From Yuukianura sp. NJ FZ-2021 (taxonomy: Eukaryota): 64,000 bases of DNA. Shown one piece after another: positions 10,934 to 23,113 of the stretch. The notes under the pieces are model-generated. The model saw only the letters and a program-made list of their open reading frames with translations, had not been told where the DNA came from and did no database searches. The DNA is taken from contig CM102286.1 in the NCBI GenBank assembly GCA_046563655.1, forward strand, positions 1,550,001-1,614,000, in the 5' to 3' direction. The stretch's first letter is position 1. Each line of letters begins with the position of its first letter. The translations under genes were made by a program, and so were the position numbers.

Positions 10934-13900
10934 ATGCGTGCATGGGTAAGCGACAATTTTTTTAAATTGGGGCTATTACAGTTAGTGTCTAGCAAATTTT
11001 TTTAAAGATAAAGTTTTAAGCTATTTTTTTTTGTACTTTTTGTGTAAAAACAATTCTAAAAGTTGTATAATTTGAATTATTTTAGTGTCACGACATATTG
11101 AAATTAAAAAAATGGGATGTTGCGTGTCGCAACACAGGCCCCTCCATAATAATTTACTGTTAATAATTTTCAACAAAGTATGAAAACCTTTGAGTGGTAA
11201 CTTTTAAAAACAAAAAACGCAATTTTCAATTTAGGTATTAAATGAAGGCTATCACGCAAAAATGCAAGGTTAAGCATAAGATATTTGACAGTATAAAATT
11301 TAACTATTAAAGCGCAATTTCCAATTTGTGTCACAAACCCCCTGACACGATACCCTTCAATGGCTCAATTACCATTCAACTGTAACAAAACGCAGTGAAA
11401 CTTAAACGCTTTTACATTTTTTTTAGTTTAGTATCATCTTAAGCACTGTTTTTGGTGTATAAAGTCGCAAAGTCACACGAAATGATGTGAAACTGTGAGC
11501 AATCCAATTTTTTTCGCTCTTTTTCAACTTTTACCTAAAAACTCTTTTTTGGAAGTTGGAAACAAAAGTGAAAAATTCACTTTCGATTTAAACTTGCCTT
11601 GTTTCCTTTTTGTCTGTTTTTCACATGAACCTAATGAAGCGAATCAAATTTTGTGAATTTGAGTATCCTGCCGCCATTTTCAAATTTCTACAATTTGTCT
11701 TTGTCCGCCACAAATTTCCGATTGTTGACCTTGTCCAACTGTAATGTGTGTTTAATTTTTTGAAGATTTTTTATGTCTTTGGCGTCTGTCTTGTGACGAT
11801 TGACTGCGCATGGGCAGCATCTCCCACTACAAAACCAAATTCAGTCGTGGTGTATACGGCTGAAACTGCAAGGAATTCCCCTGTTGTTCCTTCACCAGCT
11901 CCATCCAGTCAACATGCAATTGGATCAACAACAAAAAACGACAACATTGGCTTTGTTGATCCGAAAGTTTTTGCAGATGCTTTGTCTAACGTAGATTTTG
12001 TAAAAGCTGAAGAAATCTTTCCAGAATTTTTCAAACCCGGACAACCTACACAAAAGTACTCGGCGTCTATTGAACGAGAACCATACGGGTCATTGACCTC
12101 GGCCTCAAACTATGTAATTAATAACTAACAATAAACAAAAAACAAAAATCAAAATTTTTATTTTCAAAATTTTGAAAATTTCTAGAACTCAAGAAAACAT
12201 GAACAGGCCAATGAAGATGGATTTGTTGATCCAAATGTCCAATTCCGGAGTTTATTTGATGTAGCAGCCACTGATGTTGGATTTTCTGCTCCAGATTTTT
12301 CAGGCTACAATGTATGACTTCCGTTTTCAAAATTTTGATAAAATTTTGAATTTTTTGAAAACTTTTTTGTTCAAAAGGGGGAGAACACTGGACTAGAAGG
12401 TTCGAAAGCTTCACAAACCAAAGTCTACCCATCTTTTACCTACACTGGGAGAAATGCTGACGAAGAAGAAGATGACGCACCATCTTCGCAACCGCCAAAA
12501 TTCAAATCAACTTACCGCCAAAATCCGTACGAAAGAAACAACTACTTCAATCAAAATCAGCAACAACAAAACAACCACTATGACAAACCGGTTTATAATC
12601 AACAACAATATGGCAACAGCAACAATGGCAACCGCAACAATGGCAAAAGCAACAATGGCAACAGCAATGATGAGCACTCTAGTGAAGAAACGGCTGAGTC
12701 ACCTCAAGCATCTCCTGCCAAAAACAAGGGAGGAGAAAGTCCCTCCAAAAATAAATGCAAAAAAGTGTGTAAATTTTGAATTTGGCACGGTTGAATTTTG
12801 GAAATGTTAAAATTTTGAAACGTTTTCGTCTGAAATTAGGTTATGAAAGAAGTTGATGAAGAGGAGGAGTTCATTGAATATGCACCAGAAGACTATGATC
12901 CATCAACCTACCAGTCACGTTATAAACGACAGGCTGGTCGTGGTCGAAACCGCGGCGGTGGCAAGAAACGACCAATGACGTGCTACGTTTGTGAAGATGA
13001 AGACGGTCGGTACGCTGAGAAATGCTCTTACGATTCAAATTCCGAACCGGGAAAAAAGGGCAACGGCAACTACTTCCACTCTTCGTCAACTTCGTTCACG
13101 GACAACGGAAAACCACGAGGGTAAAAATTTTAAAACCAAATTGGTAAAAAACCGAAACATGTTCGGTTTTTTTCAAAATTTTTAATTTTCTAGAGGGCGA
13201 GAGAGACAAAAACGAGATCCGTCAAGGTTTGACACGCCACCGACATTTTTTAAATTAGGTGAGATCGACGTTAAGGCTGAAACGGAATCTCTGCCGAAAC
13301 GAATTCAAAAGAGACAAAGCGAGGGAAACCGGTACGCTTCGGATTTTCAAGAGGAAGACGAACGTGATGCTTCCCGAGAACGACCGGTTCCGAATACATA
13401 CCGAGCAACTCCGAACACACGGCATCCTTCTGTGCACTTTGAATATCTTCCGTCCATAAGCATAGATGTTGGCCGAAACGGTCCAAAAGATACACAAAGC
13501 ACATTTCAAAATCGAATTGGTTATGATTCCCCGCGAAATTCTGAACGTGAAACTCAAAATTCGCCACGACCCGGTGGGTCCGGATTTGAATTTGACTTTT
13601 CAATTCCAAAAGAGTTTCGACAGGACGTTGGTCTCTTGGATACTTCAAATGCTGAAACTCGTCCGGTAAACTCCGGTAGAGGTGGGAACGGTAGAGGTTC
13701 GGACGGAAGGGGTTCGGACGGAAGAGGTTCGGACGGTAGAGGCCCGGACGGTAGAGATGACGGTACCGGTTTGGACGTCAACGCCGCCTACGGGGAAGTC
13801 TTTGACATTGGGTATGACGACTACGTCCGAAAACATTTTCCGGAAGCATTCGGATCTACTCGGGAATCCTCGAAAGAAAATGAACGGGAACCAAGCGGTA

Positions 13901-14815
13901 TATCTTCATATTTTTTCAATTCACTTCACAGTAGAGGGTTTTAAATCCGTAACATTAAAAAAAAGCCGGATTTCGGATTTATCCGGTATTCTAGTGGCCA
14001 GATCCGATTGCGAATTCGGATTTTTAGGATACATGGTAACTTCCATTAGGAAGTTTTTTCTTTTTTTTTCCCCTGAAAATCCAATTTTTTTTACTGCAGC
14101 CAGTGCGTTCAAATACAACTAAAAATCCGGATTCAAAATTTTGAGATCGGATAATCCGAATCCGTCAAAAATCCGACAATCCGGTAAATCTGGTTCAAAA
14201 AATCCGGATTTAGACCCCCTAGTTCACAGTTTTTCAAAATATAAAATTTTTATTTTATTGTGTTCTGCGTTGAATTCAGGCGGGGCAGCTCCACCTTCTC
14301 GCGATCCACCATCGTATCGCCACAGAAGTCCGCCACAGGGTTCTCGGGGACCAGGGAGCAACAATGATCGGTATGCACCATCCCAGGGGAACTTTCCACA
14401 TGGGGGGCAGTACGGGGGATTTGGTCCCCAGCGGGAATACACTCAAAACTCTCCCCACTATTTCCCCACCCCCACTTACTACAGCCCCCCAGAGGTGAAT
14501 CCCCAGCATTTGGAAGCCGCAATCAATCGCTTCAAGCAGAAAGATCGGAAGGACTGTGCGAAAGTCCAACGCGGTGACATGACCTGCTATGTCTGCCGTG
14601 ACCCCCGTGGAATGAACAAGGAAGAATGCATGTACGCGTCCAATTCAGATCCAAGGAACCATCAGATGGCTTATAGCGAAGCGTCAGAATATTCGTCCCT
14701 CCAACCGCAACACTCTCCATCTCCGCGGCAGGTCACTGCAGGTCAGGGACGTCAAGAGTCCAAACCTGTTGTGACCGCCACTAAAGCTCCGATCGACTAC
14801 GATTTTGACTACTAA
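10934..14815 (+). CDS. Uncharacterised secreted protein with two C..MTCYVC..CxY modules and furin-type sites (exons ~10934-10945, 11766-12113, 12186-12311, ~12378-12764, 12840-13120, 13194-13897, 14280-14815)
   Basis: A 12-nt first exon ATGCGTGCATGG|GTAAGC joins IFYVFGVCLVTIDCAWA to form a signal peptide. Modules are KCKK..MTCYVCEDEDGRYAEKCSY and DCAKVQRGDMTCYVCRDPRGMNKEECMY. Basic sites are RYKR, RQKR and RIQKR. There are GRGSD repeats. The first exon is inferred. Confidence 0.8.
13932..14221. mobile_element. hAT-type MITE, family B, short copy (in last intron of the secreted-protein gene)
   Basis: Termini TAGAGGGTTTTAAATCCG...CCGGATTTAGACCCCCTA with many internal ATCCGGAT motifs. Flanked by a 7/8-matching 8-bp TSD, CTTCACAG / GTTCACAG. 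Confidence 0.8.
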
Positions 14816-15374
14816 AGTTTCAAGGTCAAAAAAGTTTTCTTAGGTCAAGCATATTTTACAGTTTACAGCTTTTACTACAATTTCTTCGTGCAACTTTTAG
14901 GTCACATGACAAAACTTCATCAATTCAACTGCAAAGTTGATTAACATTTAAAGTATTTTTTAAAACTTTTATATAAGATAAAACAACTTTAAATAAATAT
15001 AAAACTAAATGCTAGTAAATAGTTTTGCGAAATAAAAACTGCTTTGATGTTTTGCACAACATTTGGCAAACTCCGAACCATTTACTCGCTTTTTGTGCAA
15101 ACTTTTTTTTACTCAATGCAGAATTACATAATCTTTTCTCCGTGCTGGAGGCTGCAGCGTAGAGCTCGCGAAATTTTATTAGTCAGAAACACAACAGGGG
15201 CGGAGATCCTCATTTCCATTTTTTTGCAAACTAATCTAAAAAATGACAATTCATAGTTTTTGCCATCTCAAATTTTATTATATTTGTATTTGTGCATATT
15301 TCGCTCCTAGTTTTTCCAAAACAAATTAAGTAGTTGTTCAGTTAAACAAAACCAAAAATCACACGTTTAAAAAA

Positions 15375-18300
15375 ATGAAGCTGAGACTGGCAATTGTTCT
15401 TTGTGTATTTATTTTCACTACGCAAGTCCAAAAAGCAACTTCACGACCAGGTAAGACTGCAGCTTTCTGAAATTTAAAACTTCTGTTTTAATTAAAAATA
15501 TTTTTGAATTAATTTTAAAAATATTTTCAATTAAAACACAAGTTTTAAATTTTAAGTGTTCCAAAAGTTAACATTAGAGACAAACAAGTTTATCAGTTCA
15601 TAACTATGAAATTGGTGAAGGTTACCAAAATGTCAAGGCGTTGAGATCATCATAACTTTTTAGGTTTGCAGAGGGAAAGACCAAGGGGTAGGGCAAATAA
15701 GAGATTTAAACTGGACAAAAAATGGCATTGACTTTTGTTGCCAAAAAAGTTTTTACGCAAAACATTTTACAGGCAGTTGCAAAATTTTGTGTTTTTAGAT
15801 GAAGACAGAAGTGAAGAGAGTGAAGATGAAGATGAGGTTGATGATGACGAATCTAGCGAAGAAATGGTTCAGCAGCAAACGCGTGTTGATCCGATATTGA
15901 CGCAGAAGTCGGCACTCGAAATCCAACGCAGAAATCAAACGCAACCGGAGCAATTGCAAAATCCGTGTTTAGAGCCCAAGGAAATTGGAAAATGCAAACT
16001 ATTTCTCCCTAGGTTAAAAATTCAAAAATTAAAATCCATTGTGGTTTTCAAAATTTTGACAAATGACTTTTTTTTGAAAAGGTACTTTTTCAATTCAGCG
16101 ACTGCTCAGTGTGAGCGTTTTGCTTATGGTGGATGTGGCAGAAATGGAAACAACTTTCACTCACTTTTTGACTGTGAAAGTAAATGTGCCTCCATGCTTT
16201 CAATTCCGGAGGAAGTTGACGTTCCAGTCTCCTCAGAGTATGTTACCGGTGAAGACGAACCCGGTAAATTTCAAAATTCTGAAAAATCAAAACTTGTGCT
16301 AAATTCAAATTTTGAAAATTCTTCTCAGAAGTTTGTGAAATGCCACCAGTGAGTCCTGGACACAACTGTAAAGCATACTTGCCTCGTTGGACTTTTAACA
16401 AAGACGAAAGAAGATGTGTTCAGTTCATCTACTCTGGTTGCGGAGCAACAGAAAACATGTACTTGCGCAAGTACGATTGCCAACAGCAGTGTGGCAATTA
16501 CGAACCTAAGAAAAACTTGTCGCAAATAGTTACGACAACAGTTGCGACTACCACCGTGTCACCTACGACAAGTCGTTCGTTCGTCAGATCCACAATTTGC
16601 GACCAACCGTTGGACACTGGAAGCTGTTTTAGCATGATCCGTCGCTACTACTTCAATGTCGTAAGCAATCGATGTCTCAGTTTTACTTTTAACGGTTGTG
16701 GCGGGAACGACAACAATTTTCAAAACGGAGACGATTGCTTGCGTACTTGTGGTGGGAGTACTCCTGCCGAGAGTAAGTTGACCTTTGACCTTGGACTTTT
16801 TACCTTCGACTTTGACCTTGGACTTTGACCTTTGAAAGTCGAATTTCGACATTTAAGACACATTTTTACTTTTTGTAACTAGATGTCGCTTGTGCTCATG
16901 TGTCCTGCCCAACGAATTTGTACAGTCACTACGCAGCCTTGGGTTGTGAACCACTTTATGACGGCAACGCTTGCTGTCCAACACGATACGACTGTCAATC
17001 GCAGAAGTCCAGAATTAACGCAACTGAAAGTGACGCAGAAGATATTGAGTTAGAACATTCGATTCTGCGTAGTCCAAAATGTTCTTACAGAGGAAAATTG
17101 TATGCAGTTGGAGCAGACATTCCTGAGGCGTCTAGCAAAAGTGCCTGTCGTGCAGCCTGCACATGCGCACTCTTCGGAACAGAAAAAGCCAGGATAAATT
17201 GTGCAAACATAGAATGTCCAGAAACACTGGGAGTTAGACCAGCAGGAAAAGAAAATTGTACTTTGCTTTACCAGAGAGGAGAATGCTGTGCTTTCGATTA
17301 CCATTGTGCTGACAATGGTAAGTTTCAAAATTTCAAACTTTCAAAATTGATTCCAGAATTTTCCAATGTGAATTTTTTTTTAGAAATACAAGAACAAGGT
17401 GCGTTGTTGATTCAAAAAGCGGAGCTGCAGAGCAATCAATCGGAAATTTCTGAACAGTTTCGCTGTTCCTATGCAGGAAAAGAGTACGTTCCGGGTGAAC
17501 GGATGGAAATTATCGAAGATACTTGCAGAATCTGCACATGCGCAGTTGGTTTTAATGGTAAAAGATTTAAAAAAGAAAACTTTCACAAAAAAAAAAGTTT
17601 TCAAAAATACAACTTTTCGAAAAAAAAATTTTGACTATAGGAACCCTTACTTCTGAGTTTTGTGAACCGATTGATTGTGGAATTGAGATTTACTTCGCCG
17701 ATCAACTTGAAACCGGTTGCGTTCCGGTTTACTACCAAGATGCTGAGAATCGCATCAAGTGCTGCCCAATTGGTTGGCAATGTCGTATGTACCACAAAGA
17801 AAACCAAAATTTTTAAACTTTAAAAAAAAATTCCCGCGTTTTAAAATTCTGTTATTTTCATGAAGCTGAGGATGATACTCTCATAATCAGTGCACAAGCC
17901 ACGACAACTGCGCCGCCAAGAAGACGTCCACCACCACAAATTCCGGGACAAACGAGGGCATTTGTTGCCATGGCAGTACTGACACCCGACGCAGGAATTG
18001 TGACCACCGACGCATGCGTATTACCACCAGAAGTTGGACCATGCAAAGGTCGGCGTCCACGGTACTACTTCAATCAGCTGACGCGAAAATGTGAACCGTT
18101 CACTTACGGAGGTTGTGGAGGAAACCAGAATAATTTCGTGGCTCTTCAAGACTGTATACGCATTTGCGGAAATAATTCTACGCAGACGCGATCTGGAGCA
18201 TGGTCATCCCAGTTCCGTAACCGATCCACAGTTCTGCAGAGTCATGAATCAACAGTCCATGAACGTAAGACTTAAAAATACTTTCAAAAAATTCAAAATT

Positions 18301-20054
18301 TTCAAAAAGTTTTCAAAATTTTGAATTTTCTGAAGTGACGGAAGTGGATGCTTGTACACAAGTGCCCAAGTTAGGCTCGTGTCGCGGTTACTTTCGACGT
18401 TACTACTACGCTCCAGAACTAGACGAATGCACGTCTTTTGTGTACAGTGGATGTGGTGGAAACAAAAACAATTTTTACTCAGAAGAGTCCTGCGCGGCGT
18501 TTTGCCAAAATCGGATTTCATCAGCTGATTTAGTCCAGGAGCGGGTTTCGGAAACGACGGTGCACAACTCTACAGCTCAGGCTCGTCATCGTGGGAGTCA
18601 AAATTACACGGGAAGTGTTCAGCCAACGAGTCCTGCGCCGCAGTTTAGCAGTGAAAATCCTTGTCGGTTTCCGGTAGCCAAGGGACCGTGCCGGGGTGTT
18701 CTTCAACGGTTTTACTTCGATCCAAGTTCATCATCTTGCAAGCAGTTTGTCTACGGTGGTTGTGGAGGAAATGACAACAATTTTGTTGCGCTGCGTGAAT
18801 GTGAACTGAAGTGTCAAGCTAAACGCACAGCTAACCAGGGTCAAGGTCAAGGTCAAGTTCAGCTTTCTCTGGAACCCAAATGGAGAAACGCCTTAGGAAT
18901 TTCAGGACCTCTGGCTTCACAGGGTATGCAAAAAATCGCATCATATAAAAACCCTTAGTTTTTTTTCAAATTTCAAATTTCATTCGAAATGTATTTTTCA
19001 ATATTTCAGAAGCTATTCCCGAACCGTTAGGATTTTTCGAAAGATGTCAACTTCCGAGAGACGCTGGCTCCTGCCGTGCAAAAATCCCAGCATTTTACTA
19101 CGACATAGACTCAAGGACGTGCAAACCGTTTGCATATGGCGGGTGTTTCGGAAACCCAAATCGGTTTTCTTCTTTAGCCGAATGTGACAGAACTTGCCGA
19201 GTTTCCGAAACCGGTACAAGCCCCAACCGAAACCTATCAAATCTTGGCACGAATCCTCAACTTCAAGAATCCGAAACGGGAGTGGAACAAAGTGAAGGTG
19301 TCAAATTTTAAAATGGAATAACAATATCTTCAATTTGTTTTTTAAAAAGGCTTTCGAAATTTTTTTTTTAGAAATCTGCTCTCTACCAGTCATACCTGGA
19401 GATTGTCGAGCTCATAAGTTACGTTTTCACTGGAACTCAAAATTGGCACAATGTCTTCCATTTGTCTACTCTGGTTGCAAAGGAAACAGAAACAACTTTC
19501 TGTCAGAAGGGGATTGTCTGTCCGCATGCGCCGTAGACCCACCAATTGAAACCGTTGCTCATGATGGCATCCTTACATGTACTTTTGGAAATCAAACAAT
19601 TCCGATTGGTGGAGTCCTTGGTGGGGCAACTTTCGGTGGCTCAACTTGTGGTAGACCCATTTGCACATGCACTACTCCGCCAGCTCTCACTTGCATCCAG
19701 CGTCAATGTCCTACTCCGCCATTTGTAATAATCCAGCAACTTCCGTCGACACAGAAACCGCAGGAGGAGGAGCCAGCATCATCCTGTCCACCAATCACTT
19801 GCCGCCCAAATTGCAGGTCAACCCTTGGATCAAATGGTTGCCATTTTTGTTTATGTAGAAATTCAAATTTCCCGCCATCGAACTTCACTGTCCCGCCAAT
19901 TCCGGTTCAGAGGAAACTAGATAGTCCTTGCAAAATGATTCGCTGTGCCCCGCCCTGTCGCCTTGGAATTGACGAAGTTTCAAGTTGCCCCTTATGTAAT
20001 TGTGCTTCAAACTCTGATCTTCTTCAGCAGCGTCAAAATTTAATGTTCCAGTGA
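15375..20054 (+). CDS. Secreted multi-domain protease inhibitor: 8 Kunitz/BPTI domains plus VWC-like and antistasin-like Cys modules
   Basis: The signal-peptide exon 15375-15450 encodes MKLRLAIVLCVFIFTT, followed by an acidic stretch. There are eight C-x8-C..F.Y.GC.GN.N.F...C...C-type units, including one in exon ~19010-19278 that the ORF track misses (RCQLPRDAGSCRAKIPAFYY..YGGCFGNPNRF). Cys-rich CSYxGKxY modules and terminal CPPITCRPNC..GCHFCLC-type modules are also present. Confidence 0.9.
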
Positions 20055-20189
20055 TTCATTTTTCTTAGAAGCTTTAAGTGTTTTGTTTTTAGCCATTAGG
20101 AATCTTATTGTTTATCTCTTAGTTTTAAAAGAATGCAATAAAATGTTAAGATATGTCTTTTTATTTTCAATTTCACACTCCATTACAAC

Positions 20190-21377
20190 TAGGGGTCGGA
20201 ATCCGGATTTTAGCTCCGGATTCAAATCCGGATTTTTGACGGATTCGGATTATCCAAAATCCGGATTTTTAAATACTGAAATCCGGATTTCTACGGATTT
20301 CAAGAGCTATTCGAGGGCATGTGCGGTATCAAAAAAAAATAGCCAACCTCAGATTTACTCAATTTCAGGGTTCGTAAAATACCGTATTTTGTATTGTTGT
20401 GCCAATGTTGTGCTAATGTTGTGCTAATGTTGTGCCAATGTTGTGCCAATGTTGTGCTAATGTTGTGCCAATGTTGTGCTAATGTTGTGCTAATGTTGTG
20501 CTAATGTTGTGCCAATGTTGTGCCAATGTTGTGCCAATGTTGTAATGTTGTGCCAATGTTGTGCTAATGTTGTGCCAATGTTGTGCCAATGTTTTACCAA
20601 TGTTGTAATGTTGTGCTAATGTTGTGCTAATGTTGTGCCAATGTTGTGCTAATGTTGTGCCAATGCTGTGCTAATGTTGTGCTAATGTTGTGCCAATGTT
20701 GTGCCAATGTTGTAATGTTGTGCCAATGTTGTGCTAATGTTGTGCTAATGTTGTGCCAATGTTGTAATGTTGTGCCAATGTTGTGCTAATGTTGTGCTAA
20801 TGTTGTGCCAATGTTGTACCAATGTTGTAATGTTGTGCTAATGTTGTGCTAATGTTGTGCCAATGTTGTGCCAATGTTGTGCTAATGTTGTGCCAATGTT
20901 ATGCTAATGTTGTGCCAATGTTGTGCTAATGTTGTGCCAATGTTGTGCTAATGTTGTGCTAATGTTGTGCCAATGTTGTAATGTTGTGCCAATGTTGTGC
21001 TAATGTTGTGCTAATGTTGTGCTAATGTTGTGCCAATGTTGTGCTAATGTTGTGCTAATGTTGTGCCAATGTTGTGCTAATGTTGTGCCAATGTTGTGCC
21101 AATGTTGTGCCAATGTTTTGCTAATGTTGTGCCAATGTTTCATTTTTTTTTCAACACTAGTAATTTGATTCAAAAAATAAACACGCCGAATTTATCATCA
21201 AGGTTTTAGCTACGAGTGTTTCCAACCTGCAATTCCGACAGCTTAAATCAATTTTGAATTTCTTATGGGAGTTAACACAGAAATTGAAATCCGGATTTAA
21301 ATCCGGATTTCAGGATTGAAATCCGTCAAAATCCGAAATCCGGATTTTAAGAAACCCGTTCCGGATTCCGACCCCTA
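20190..21377. mobile_element. hAT-type non-autonomous element, family B, long copy carrying a minisatellite
   Basis: Perfect TIRs TAGGGGTCGGAATCCGG / CCGGATTCCGACCCCTA and a perfect 8-bp TSD ATTACAAC (20182-20189 and 21378-21385). Subterminal AATCCGGATT repeats are present. No transposase ORF. Confidence 0.92.
20393..21140. repeat. 11-bp minisatellite (AATGTTGTGCY)n, roughly 65-70 units
   Basis: Directly visible tandem array with two main variants, AATGTTGTGCC and AATGTTGTGCT, and occasional 8-bp truncated units AATGTTGT. Confidence 0.98.
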
Positions 21378-21684
21378 ATTACAACAGCCACAAACATAAC
21401 AATTTTAAATTTGGACTCATCCGAGATTAAAAAAAATGAAATATGAAAAGTTTTTTGATAAGGTTAGACTTGCTACGAGTTTCTTTGTCTTGACTGTACT
21501 AAAAAGTACATAAATCGGTGCCAGAGCTCGGATTACAAAATCTGCAAAGTTGCAAAAAATTATCAGTTTAGTTATTCTTTTCTCAGAAAATCAGCGTTAG
21601 TCATCGTCTTTGTCTTCTTCCTTTTCCAGCTTCTAGAACTACTAAAAAGAGCTTGTCGCTTCTAAAGTCAGCGTCAGTTTCAAA

Positions 21685-22771
21685 ATGGACAACGCAAAGA
21701 CAACATTCAAGTTTTGGCTGTTTGTGCTGCTCTTGCAGGGAGTGGTCTGTCGCACACCAAATCTCAGATGGTCGTATGCAAATGGTCGTCAAGGCCGACC
21801 ACTTCCACCAGGATGCTGCCTGGACATTGGACCTAGTGCTGGAACACCGGGAGAACCTTGCTCCTCAAGGTCACCGTGTGCTTGGGGTCAAACCGGAGAC
21901 ACAATTTTCATTTCCGAACATGTTTGCTGCGAAGTCGGTAAGTTCTAAACTCAAATTTTTCAGTTTTCTTCAAAATTTTCTAAAATCCGAATATTTCGAA
22001 ATAGGTAAACTGAATCCAAATGCGACTATAAGCGAAGTTCAAAACTGCATTGAGTCGTACAATTATGCCAAGGTTGACTACAACAAAATTTACCGCCTTT
22101 TGGCCGCCAGTTTGGGCAATGTCTCCAACGCCATCACTTCGGAAGCCGAACAAATGATGGCCATTGGTCAAATGTCAGTGGAATCCAAAGGTTTCAGTGC
22201 ACCGCGGGAAGATGCTTGTACAAAGACGACTCCACCTCCAGAAAAATGCAGGCATGCAGGACACAAGAAAGACAATTGCACCAAGGACACACCGAATGAA
22301 TTCTACTTCGGACGAGGATACATCCATCTCACGGGATGTCCAAACTACAAAGAAGCATCTTTTGGTCTCTATGGCGACGACCGACTGGTCAAGAATCCTG
22401 ACCTGGTGGCATCTGATCCCGTGGTAGCCATGGAAACGGCTATTTGGTTCTGGAAGAAAAACGTCCACAAGAGGAAGGGAGTACAGGACGGAGACTTTGG
22501 AGCTACGACGAAAGCGATTCATGGAGGTGGAGCCTGTACTGATCCAAAATGGCTGCCAAATAGCAAGCTCCGGTATCAGTTGTTGCTAAAGTGCCTCAAG
22601 GCGTCTGGACAATACGACAAATTGAAAGACAAGATTAACGAATCAGGTTGTTACCCGGTTCCGGGCAGAATTCGGTTCATGAGCATGCTCAAAGCAACTT
22701 TGAATGCCATGCGCATGGGCCAACAACAACAACATCAAAACCCCCAAATATTCACTTATCACTGGGCTTAA
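21685..22771 (+). CDS. Secreted glycoside hydrolase family 19 chitinase/lysozyme-like protein (exons 21685-21937, 22005-22771)
   Basis: Signal peptide MDNAKTTFKFWLFVLLLQGVVC. A GT-AG intron at 21938-22004 joins the two ORFs in frame. GH19 motifs: GQMSVES (catalytic Glu), YFGRGYIHLTGCPNY, LVKNPDLVA, AMETAIWFW and FGATTKAIHGG. Confidence 0.9.
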
Positions 22772-23113
22772 GTCGCTACACTCTTTATACTTTTCTTTTC
22801 GACCGGTGTGACCTACGACACTTTAGTTTGACTTTATTAATTACTTTTATTAATTAATTGTTTTTAGTACTAATTAATTACTTTAATGAATATATTTGTT
22901 CATTTCTGATGCTACCTACAATGCTTGCTAACAAACCTTCTCTGATGCTTTGATTAAAGCCGATTGTTTAATGTTTACTACAGATGGAAGTTGAGTTGTG
23001 CTACGCCTTTAAAATGCATGTATTTTATGTACATTTTTAAAAATTTCAGAGTTTTTAAATGCTTTTGAATAAAATTCAAATGTATTTCGATTCGAGGACC
23101 AGCTCACGGTCTT

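Noticed and set aside
15375..20054. Calling the Kunitz gene papilin
   Set aside because: No TSP1, ADAMTS spacer, Ig or PLAC domains are seen.
20393..21140. Repeat array considered as CRISPR-like or as a coding repeat
   Set aside because: Units are contiguous 11-mers with no unique spacers, the context is eukaryotic, and the TAA-containing variant interrupts + strand frames.
21653..22004. N-terminal part of the 372-aa ORF in the track
   Set aside because: It starts at a non-ATG codon and reads through an intron. The ATG at 21685, in another frame, gives a signal peptide and splices in frame.
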